The translations under genes were made by a program, and so were the position numbers. A stretch of DNA of 17,957 nucleotides from Octopus sinensis (lineage: Eukaryota): NCBI RefSeq assembly GCF_006345805.1, contig NW_021824630.1:1-17957 (forward strand), read 5' to 3'. Shown here one piece after another: positions 9,646-17,957 of the stretch (position 1 is its first letter; every line of letters begins with the position of its first letter). Below the pieces are notes generated by a model. It did not search any database and was not told where the DNA came from. It saw nothing but the letters and a program-made list of their open reading frames with translations.

Positions 9646-10453
9646 TATATATATTATCCAAAGTGTTCTTCCTCTTTTAAGTTGATAGGGTGTGCTTTGA
9701 ATGAGATTCAACTGCAATTTTCAGTGTGTCGAAGAACCACATAGGGACTCATGTATTCCACCGTTGTACCTGTTTACAGCTTAGTAGACTGGGGCCACAA
9801 ACACCAAGCATTTGTTGAAATTCAGAGATTAGGAGATGGTCTCGTCTCGCCGAGTCAATGAACTTTTTTTTGCAATGCGTATCAGGAATTCAAGAAATGT
9901 GAGTTAATCCTGTTATGTCTGTGTAGTGTTTCCTTTTCAAAATTCCTGACTTTGGCGCCGAGGAAGCAGACGGGGCTTACAATAGGAAACCTACATTGAT
10001 ATATTGAGGTGAAGCAAGAAGAAAAAAAAATTATAAAGAAATTTCCTTCTATTCTACTCTATCCTCGTAACAGGAGATTCAATCTTGGCAGTAAACTATT
10101 TATCAGATTTCTGCTTGGCACGCTTCCACCAAGCCATTTTCCCCCTTGGTCTAACTCTATGTTTTGCTGCCAGGTGAGTACAGCAAAGATAGTTTTGATA
10201 CCACATAACACATAACAAGCTACTCTTTGTCAGCTTTCGCCCTAGTATTGTTGTTTACAAACGTATTCTATTTTAGCGTTGTTTACATTAATCTGTAATT
10301 TATATTCTATGATAGCGGTAATAATGATACTGTTAGTGCTGGTGGTTGAGGCGCTGGGGCTGGTGGCGGCAGAGTCAGCGATGATTGTGTTTGGTGAGTT
10401 GTAAACCCTCACCTGTATATCAAAATAACATGGGGTATTCTAAAATGTTACTA

Positions 10454-10455
10454 TG

Positions 10456-10500
<45 letters not shown>

Positions 10501-10540
10501 GTGTATGTATGTATGTATGTATGTATGTATATATATATAT
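10454..10540. repeat. (TA)n(TATG)n microsatellite
   Basis: Directly visible; abuts the SINE tail. Confidence 0.95.
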
Positions 10541-10888
10541 ACTCTTTTACTCTTTTACTTGTTTCAGTCATTTGACTGCGGCCATGCTGGAGCACCACCT
10601 TTAATCGAGCAACTCGGGGACTTATTCTTTTGTAAGCCCAGTACTTATTCTATCGGTCTATTTTGCCGAACCGCTAAGTGACGGGGACGTAAACACACCA
10701 GCATCGGTTGTCAAGCAATGCTAGGGAGACAAACACAGGCACACAAACACATACACACACATACATATATATAAATATATATACATATATACGACAGGCT
10801 TCTTTCAGTTTCCGTCTACCAAATCCACTCACAAGGCATTGGTCGGCCCGGGGCTATAGCAGAAGACACTTGCCCAAGATGCCACGCA
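10541..10888 (-). mobile_element. Family A SINE lacking the tRNA head
   Basis: Near-identical reverse complement of 3553-3906. It stops at GCCACGCA (10888), where (AT)n begins. Confidence 0.9.
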
Positions 10889-10909
10889 ATATATATATAT
10901 ATATATATA

Positions 10910-11290
10910 CTAGCAGTATCGCTCAGGTTTGTAAGGGAAATAACTATAAAGCATTTTTAGAGAGTTATAGCCAAAAAATAGCAAAAAAAATGGAAAAAAA
11001 ATGATGGTAAATTTTGTTTTGAGAGTTAAAAAAGGTGGAGTTGCGTCCCCTAGACAGTTTGTGGTTTGTGTTTCTAATTCTCGACCCCATGTCGAATTTA
11101 TCGATTTTTTTCAGAACTGGGGGAACTTTTCAAAATTTTCGCTGCGTTAGTTTTGAATTATGGCATTGGGCTATGTGTGTGTCAAGTTTCATCAGAATCG
11201 GCTGAAAGCCGTGGTCAGGGTGAGGGTACAAGCAAACAGACACACAGAAACACGCACAGACAAACTGCCGTTTATATATATATATATATA
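10910..11290 (-). mobile_element. Non-autonomous Helitron-like element (Lep1-like architecture)
   Basis: On the minus strand it ends ...CTGCTAG|T inside (AT)n. The other end carries AAGTTTCATCAGAATCGG..CAAACAGACACACAGA..TTTATATATA, typical of Lep1-type Helitron termini. The 5' TC is not resolvable within the microsatellite and the 3' hairpin appears deleted. Confidence 0.6.
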
Positions 11291-11293
11291 ATA

Positions 11294-11339
<46 letters not shown>

Positions 11340-11353
11340 CTTACATGCATACA

Positions 11354-11563
11354 TACATGGGGAGTCGCTGAAAAGTTCCTGGCCTCAAGGGATCGTGAAA
11401 CGCCTCGCTGGAGGCCAACCTTCCGATTTCTTTTACAAGGCTTAGAAAATCTGAAGGACTAATGCAATAAGTGTATGAATCTGAGAGGAGAATAAAATGA
11501 TAATTAACTGATCATCCTGTATTTTCTTTTACCCAAATCAGGAAATTCCAGCACACACTCGTA
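11354..11563 (+). mobile_element. Mariner-derived MITE
   Basis: Imperfect TIRs GCTGAAAAGTTCCTG / CAGGAAATTCCAGC with TA flanks. Internal 11439-11495 translates as GLENLKD*CNKCMNLRGE*, resembling the mariner transposase C-terminus (G..KL..RW.KC....GDY). Confidence 0.75.
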
Positions 11564-11594
11564 TATATATAAATATATATATATATATGTATAT

Positions 11595-11745
11595 CACCGT
11601 GATCACCGTGACCGACCAGGCTATCAGATGTTGCTACACATCGCTGGTCACAATGCGCTTCTCATTGCTTTAGCCTTCAAATGACGCCACCCCGCTAGCT
11701 AAGCGAGTAGGCCAACAGAAGAAAGAGGGAGAGAAAGTTGTGGCG
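11595..11745 (-). mobile_element. Short interspersed repeat fragment, possibly a LINE (RTE-like) 3' tail
   Basis: GC-richer island bounded by microsatellites, starting with the tandem ATCACCGTG ATCACCGTG. The assignment is from recall only. Confidence 0.35.
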
Positions 11746-11927
11746 TACATATACATACATATATATACATATATATTGTGTGTAATATATTATATATATA
11801 TATATATACATATGTGTATATATATATATATACATATGTGTTATTATATATATATAGACTTACTTGGAAATGGATGCGTCGCGTCCATTTAAATAATATA
11901 TATAATAATACACACATACATGCATAT

Positions 11928-12260
11928 ATGGGTACAGAACGTTACCAACGGTGCAAATAACTTGAAATACCTAAACAACAAGAAAAAATGGAAAACAGGA
12001 CCAGTAAACCCAGGGAAAGGACCCTTCATCAGTTATCGGCTGTCTATCTACTCCTCATTTCGAGCATTCACCGACAATATGAGTCTTCAAGGTACAGCTG
12101 CTCCCATAAATTCTAAAATAAAATTTACGATTTATGGAGGGTCAAAGTCGGGAACAAAAACATGAGTGGAAACATACAACAAGGAAAGCGAACGGAGACA
12201 AACGTGGAGAGTCGTTAGACCAGAACGAGAGGAAACTAGTGAACGCTGGGAGAGACTTTT
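11928..12260. mobile_element. Interspersed repeat fragment, possibly a Penelope-type terminal repeat
   Basis: Unique-looking block between microsatellites with minus-strand CTGATGAAGGG. It resembles a recalled octopus repeat and has no ORF support. Confidence 0.3.
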
Positions 12261-12412
12261 TTTTGTTTTGAAAAGAGAAAAGATAGAAGAGAGAAAAAAA
12301 ACACGTCGGAAAAGACACACATACACACACACATATATCAATTCTGTTAGACAAGGTCAATGCCACGCAAAACAGATGAAATATTTAAAGCTTAAACTGA
12401 GAGGGCAAGTCG

Positions 12413-12490
12413 TAACTTTTGTTGAGTTAATGGTGAGCACGTTCACCTTACATGTAAGAGATACAGGATTGATCATACTAGCAGGTGCGT
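12413..12490 (+). pseudogene. Highly decayed tRNA-like relic (Val-TAC-like) or old SINE head
   Basis: D-loop-like TAATGGTGAGCAC, partial anticodon arm TTCAC-CTTACAT-GTAAG and degenerate T-loop GGATTGATC. The acceptor stem is not formed. Confidence 0.25.
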
Positions 12491-12674
12491 TGTTATTTTT
12501 AAATGAATGTTGAATATTAACCAATGGCTAAGTTAATATTCGGTTGTGTTTGTATAAAAATATATATATATATATATACACACACGTACATAAATATGTG
12601 TAAGTGTATGCTTGTATGTTCGTATATAAATATTTGTTTTTATATATACATGTGTGTGTGTCTCTCTCTCTCTC

Positions 12675-12679
<5 letters not shown>

Positions 12680-12725
<46 letters not shown>

Positions 12726-12873
12726 TATATATCTATATAAATAATATATATATATATATTATATATATATATAATAAAGTATATAATATAATATATAAAT
12801 ATATAATATTATAAAAATATATATATATATATATATATAAATAATATATTTGTATATGTATATATCTATAAAT

Positions 12874-12904
<31 letters not shown>

Positions 12905-13021
12905 AATAATATATATATATATATATATATATAAATAATATATATGTATATATTATAAATACTATAATATTATTATATTAAATAAATATATATATATATA
13001 TAAATAATAATATATATGTAT

Positions 13022-13054
<33 letters not shown>

Positions 13055-13156
13055 ATATAATATAAATAATATATATATGTATAATTATATAAAATTAAAT
13101 ATATATATATATATAAATAATATATTATATATATATATAAATAATATATATATATA

Positions 13157-13200
<44 letters not shown>

Positions 13201-13283
13201 TATATATATATATAATATATTAATATATAAATAATATTATATATATATCTATATATATAAATAAAATATATATATATATATTA

Positions 13284-13325
<42 letters not shown>

Positions 13326-13383
13326 TATCTATATATATATATATATATATATATAATAATATATATATATATATATATATATA

Positions 13384-13431
<48 letters not shown>

Positions 13432-13489
13432 TATATATATATATATATATATATAAATAATATAATATATATATATATATATATATATA

Positions 13490-13529
<40 letters not shown>

Positions 13530-13541
13530 TATAATATATAT

Positions 13542-13585
<44 letters not shown>

Positions 13586-13621
13586 TATATATAGATATAT
13601 ATATATATATATAAAATAATC

Positions 13622-13653
<32 letters not shown>

Positions 13654-13688
13654 ATATAATAATATATATATATATATATATATAAATA

Positions 13689-13785
<97 letters not shown>
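12680..13785. repeat. ~1.1-kb (AT)n array punctuated by AAATAAT
   Basis: Almost purely A/T, with TA runs repeatedly broken by ATAAATAAT. Confidence 0.95.
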
Positions 13786-13786
<1 letters not shown>

Positions 13787-14216
13787 TAGCAGTTAAGCTG
13801 GCTTTCACCTGGTTTGTTGGATGATGTGGCTGTGATCATTTTTGGTTAGGCATAATCTATAACACGTTTTCAACCTTATCATTTCGGGTCCCCTGTTTCG
13901 ATTGGAGCCTCCAGCTGTATGAAAATTTCCTGACTCCCCCACCCCTTGTCAGAAAACAGCTTCAGAAGTTGCGAAGAACGATTTGTACGTAGTCTATTTC
14001 TGAGAGCTATTCTACTGAACCTCTGTCTAATCATAATAAAACATTGATTTAATTATGAACATGGAAAGAAATTATACATTAATCCTTATTTTTGTAAGCA
14101 GTTGTATCTGTAAAAATTTTATTTGCAGAGAGCAGAATTTGAAAGAAGATGTATGAAATGGACGTGTGTGTGTGTGTGTGTGTGTGCGTGCACGTGTGCG
14201 TGTGTGTGTATGTGTG

Positions 14217-14248
<32 letters not shown>

Positions 14249-14695
14249 TGCTTGCGCGTGTGTGTGAGAGAGAAAGTCTTCAATACACCCTACTGCCTTA
14301 ATCCGACAATTCTACCTATTATGTAGTTTGAATGAGAAACTGTAACTAAAGATTAAGATTATTAACGCCACAAAGAGGCGAAAGAAGAGAGACAGCATAG
14401 CAAAAGTTTTGGCTGACTGTCATCCTGTACTCCCCTTGTTGCTAGCGAAATGGTATATGTCGGCTGTGTGAGCAACTGGTTGTTTTAATGGCTGGACAAA
14501 CAGGGGAATTCCATTAGAAAAACTTTTTAATCCATTTTCTATGGGGGCTATGGAAAAAATACAAACCGCATTCCAGTCTATGCACCCGTCTCTACATGTG
14601 TGCGATTTTTCACGCGAATCCACCTAGCCGTTTGGCTGTGAACCTCAAGACAAGAAAGAATACAACGATCGCCCATGTCCAATTTATATTAAAGA
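13786..14695 (-). mobile_element. Non-autonomous Helitron-like element, 910 bp, both termini present
   Basis: On the minus strand: A|TCTTTAATATAAATT (5' TC at 14695) ... CTGCTAG|T (3' CTAG at 13789-13786), inserted between A and T. A degenerate subterminal hairpin AACCAGG-TGAAAG-CCAGCTT lies just before the end. An internal (GT)n(GCGT)n tract is at ~14163-14265. Confidence 0.72.
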
Positions 14696-14771
14696 TACGT
14701 ATATATGTATATACGTATGCATGTATGTGTGCGTGTATATATATATGAGTGTGTGTTAGTATGTATGTATA

Positions 14772-14804
<33 letters not shown>

Positions 14805-15316
14805 TCACCGTATATACTAGTATTCAAGTAGAATTTTTTAGATGATTTTAGAAGGTTAAATTTATGGGGTCGACTATTCCATGGTTTCTACTATTGAAGG
14901 GCTGAAATTCATACTAGAATCCGAAGTACCGTATCAGCAGCAAAAGCCCAACTGATCTTTAAGCGAATAAAAACAGAAATACAACGAATTACAGTTATAT
15001 TACCAATTCTATGCATCAAAACATACGTCCTAGTAAATTACAAAAACCCATACACAAGACCGCATAGCTCTTATAAATATTTACACTTTCTCTTTTATTT
15101 GTATCCATCAAACTAGCTGAACGAAATTAATTATGTCTCATGATTATGTTATATCACCACCGGTAACATATCTATCTGGTACTAGCATGTGCCACTACCT
15201 ACCGTAGTACGGTGCATACAGCTGATACCTACTCGGCGTTTCAAAAAAAGCTGCAGGATGTCATGTGCCGTTACCAATAAATGTCCATAATTTGATGTAG
15301 AGTTGTTAATCTGGAG

Positions 15317-15436
15317 TAGAGATTCCCAAAGTGTGTTCTGCAAAACCTCAGTGTGCCCTGAAAGTTATCAAGGGTTCCACATTTTAAAAAATAATGTCGA
15401 AGGATTCCGCGGCAAAAAAAAGTTAGGGAACCACTG
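15317..15436. mobile_element. hAT (Charlie-like) MITE, 120 bp
   Basis: The right TIR is TAGGGAACCACTG and the left is TAGAGATTCCCAA (9/13 inverted match). The 8-bp flanks ATCTGGAG / AGCTAGCG are both close to the NTCTAGAN hAT-Charlie target. Confidence 0.7.
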
Positions 15437-15452
15437 AGCTAGCGATTAACTA

Positions 15453-15795
15453 AATGTTTCTAGGCTTACCGAAGTCATGCCTCTGTACGAAGTCGTACAG
15501 TGGTGTTTGCTGTTGTTCGCCGATAGTGCTGTCTGTGGAACATGTTTCTCACCATGTAAACAGACGAGCGTATGACGCATGTTTATTGTATATGGAGATG
15601 AGGAAAATATAAGGGTCGCATGGAAACTACTGATCTTGCAATTACTTGAATGTCTTAAGGCTTACCAAAGTCATACCTTTGTACGAATTCAGACTGGCGT
15701 TTGCCAGTGTTGGCCAATAATGCTATCTGTGAAACCTGTTTCTCACCATGTAAACAACGAGTGTATGACGCATGTGTTTATTGTGCTTGAAGATG
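15453..15795. repeat. Diverged direct duplication of ~148 bp with a ~195-bp period
   Basis: 15453-15600 versus 15649-15795. An identical 20-mer TGTTTCTCACCATGTAAACA lies at 15543 and 15737, and both share GGCTTACC, TGTACGAA and TATGACGCATGT. Confidence 0.85.
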
Positions 15796-16094
15796 TATGC
15801 TGGCTTGCGGCATATCCTGTGCATACATTTTAGTAACGGTGATGTAGCACCTATCAACAAATGTGTAGTACTCGCTATTAAATGATGTTTTACTATAAGC
15901 ACCGAGCATCCAATTGCAAGCACCAGGTATTCCACCTATAGAGTAGGCTACAGTAAGGTAGCCACACAATTTTGTAACAGTGTTATATCTACGTACAGAA
16001 TAATACTGTACTATGACCCACAAATGTTGTTCGTGAAATACAGGGTCTATGGAAAATTTTTAATTTTTTGGCCAAAAAATAGGGAATCGACTTT

Positions 16095-17300
16095 TACATG
16101 AACAAGCATATTGTCCACGACACCTTTGCAGTGCCTGTCCTCACACCTAGATTTGGCCATCTGAACTGGTCACTATAAGAATTCAGTGAGATAGATGTTC
16201 AACCTCGCAAGTTATTCAGTGTTACAGGAGACTTCAGCATTAATGGATATGTAGATGTGGTATCTTCCCACGCAATGTTGGTGGCCGTAGTTTCAAATCT
16301 GTATTGATGTCATATGAAGTACGCGTTGTGACACTGAAACAACATCTGCAGCAGAAGAAAGAGACCAGCAATTATCTTGTCCAAGTTTGGGAGCATGAAA
16401 TCAATAATATAATTAGGATAGCTAATGAACTAGAGAAAAGGTATGAAATAAGAGTTGATACAGATCTCTCCTCAAGGAGCATTGGTTCTATTTATCATTA
16501 GAACAAAGTAAATAAATTGACCGGTTTACTGAGAAGATAGTACATGGGTACTTGTCACGAAAAACGCGAACCGTAGAAGCGCTTGATCATGTTAAAGGTT
16601 GGCATGGTGTATCAACAAGTTTATCACATCCCACTTTGAAGGCAACTTCCATGCAATTCAAGAACAAAAGATTCTCCACCAAGTACTTATAGCATATGAG
16701 GGAGAAAACGTTGAGAGATAACAAATGTGGGTTGTGCAAGACCAACACTGAAGATATCAACCACATTATTGCCAACTGCGAGAGAACATTTTTCAGATAT
16801 TTTTTTATGAGGCATGATGCGATGACCTGAATGGTCTGGAACAATATAGCAAAAAATAAAACACCTAGAAACGAAGTTGACTATATTGAGACAGAAAGTC
16901 AAAAGAATTTGGTGGAACTTGAAAATTAAAACAGCCACCAGTTTCAGAGACAAACGACCAGATTGCATTGTGTAGGACTACAAGGAAAAGATATGTTCAG
17001 TTGCGGAAATTTGCTGCTCTCTGGACACAAAAATGGTTAGAAAAATACAAGAGAAAGAGGACATCTATGGACCATAAATAAGGAGTTTGCAAATCGAGTA
17101 TCCTAGATACACTTTCAGCTTCGTACCAGCTTTCAGTAACAGGATATATACCAACCCACCTGGAGCAAAGAATGGTTGAGCTTGGGTTATTGGGGAGAGA
17201 ACGTAAATATTTCATTCATACACTACTAATGATCGCGATATCTGAGATTATAAACATCTGCAAGACCTTCTTAAGATTTAAAGGATATGAGCAAAAAAAC
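16095..17300 (+). pseudogene. R4/Dong-clade-like non-LTR retrotransposon 3' fragment (RT thumb, CCHC finger, RLE endonuclease)
   Basis: TFAVPVLTPRFGHLNWS, IDVQPRKL, YLPRNVGGR (frameshifted, ~16261), VHGY, EGNFHAIQEQ, CGLCKTNTEDINHIIANC (C-X2-C-X8-H-X4-C, 16726-16779), MRHD (16807), WWNLKI, RPD (16955), EKEDIY (17051) and NICKTFL, in the canonical RLE-element order. Confidence 0.88.
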
Positions 17301-17371
17301 AAGATGCTTTTCTTCACGATGAGGTGCGGTGTTAGCAACCATCAAGTGAGAAATTGAAAGTTGAATAAGAA

Positions 17372-17401
17372 CCAGTGATGGTCCACCAGTGATGGTCCAC
17401 C
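17372..17401. repeat. 14-bp tandem duplication CCAGTGATGGTCCA x2
   Basis: Two exact copies plus CC. Confidence 0.9.
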
Positions 17402-17719
17402 TGACCATCCCTAGTAAGAGTCCAACTGTAAAACACCAAAGGTGCTATCTCTTTGCCAAACACCATAAGTACTACCTCTGTACACGTCTGAAATCAAAGA
17501 TCAAATCCATTCATGTTTACTGCTCATTTCTTTTGGTTAGTTGCTAAAACAATTCAGCTTCTTTATGAAAGCAGAGTTATCGACTAAATTGACGCTGGAC
17601 CTACTCACTATCACCTCACCACATCAAGTATATAACTTATTTTACCCCTACAATACCCCATCCCCACCCGTTGATGGATTTCAGATTTGAACATTGAAGC
17701 GGAAAACTAGAAAAATTGT

Positions 17720-17800
17720 TGAGTAGTTAAGAACATCGCTTCGTAACCATAGGGTTTCAAGGTCGATCCTTGTCCCATAGCGTAGCACTTTAGTGTACTG
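17720..17800 (+). mobile_element. Old, diverged tRNA-derived SINE head related to family A
   Basis: GTAGTTAAGAACATCGCTTCGTAACCATAGGGTTTCAAGGTCGATCC aligns with the head of 3487-3560 and with 17860-17940. Confidence 0.5.
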
Positions 17801-17859
17801 TTGAATACAACTTTCGGATCGACGAAAACTATATCTTTCAATTTTGGTAGACGGGCATG

Positions 17860-17940
17860 GGGTATGTAGTTAAGAAATTCGCTTCGTATTCATAGGGTTT
17901 TGAGTTCGATACTAAAGCATAGCATTTTGGATAAGTATTA
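17860..17940 (+). mobile_element. Old, diverged tRNA-derived SINE head plus core start related to family A
   Basis: GGGCATGGGGTATGTAGTTAAGAAATTCGCTTCG..GAGTTCGATAC..GCATAGCATTTTGGATAAGT parallels the head, B-box and core of 3487-3578. Confidence 0.55.
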
Positions 17941-17957
17941 TATTCGTATATCATACA

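Larger units (their letters stand above)
14807..16100. mobile_element. Possible old Tc1/mariner-superfamily (Tc2-like) DNA transposon relic
   Basis: The left end CCGTATATACTAG..GGGGTCGACTATTCCATG and a right subterminal GGAATCGACTTTTACATGA resemble recalled CCGTATATACTCG..GACTTATAC termini. The right terminus is missing at the LINE junction and no transposase was recognised. Confidence 0.3.

Noticed and set aside
9953-9961. LTR primer-binding site TGGCGCCGA
   Set aside because: It is not preceded by an LTR ending in CA, and there is no second LTR or gag/pol motif.
11960-12100. Hammerhead ribozyme (minus-strand CTGATGA at 12026-12032 followed by a small AGGG..CCCT hairpin), expected in Penelope-type repeats
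   Set aside because: No GAAA follows stem II. An upstream CTTGAAGA..CGAAA..TA arrangement lacks a convincing stem II and stem III. An Infernal or RNAMotif scan of the family consensus would settle it.
13329-13808. 159-aa ORF and similar IYIY/VCVC/THTH ORFs (188-373, 8614-9106, 11153-11960, 12524-12718, 14123-14326)
   Set aside because: These are translations of microsatellites with no coding signal.
15723-16023. Minus-strand ORFs of 70 and 81 aa as a transposase or host gene
   Set aside because: I found no recognisable domain, DDE motif or convincing splice context.
17372-17401. CRISPR-like or regulatory repeat
   Set aside because: Only two adjacent 14-bp copies with no spacers, in a eukaryotic context; a simple slippage duplication.

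Overview
Repeat-saturated, AT-rich eukaryotic DNA. It is most likely octopus (coleoid cephalopod), judged from my recall of its SINE families. I find no intact protein-coding gene, and most track ORFs are microsatellite or antisense artefacts. The left half is a nested retroelement stack. A decayed Penelope-like element (RT plus GIY-YIG region, ~1100-2184 and 8154-8420) is split by a tRNA-derived SINE. That SINE is itself split at its A-box region by two tandem L1/Tx1-like elements: an ORF1-only element with 5'UTR, 3'UTR, polyA signal and an 18-bp target duplication (2216-4325), then a degraded ORF1+ORF2 LINE (4354-8058). The right half holds more SINEs, two non-autonomous Helitron-like elements sitting in (AT)n tracts, a mariner MITE, a hAT MITE, a 1.1-kb AT array and the 3' part of an R4/Dong-type RLE LINE (~16095-17300). 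The strongest lead is apparent sequence-specific targeting of a SINE head by a Tx1-like LINE together with a half-L1-like ORF1-only partner. Two weak candidate host exons are also noted. All family names come from manual motif reading and recall, not from database searches.
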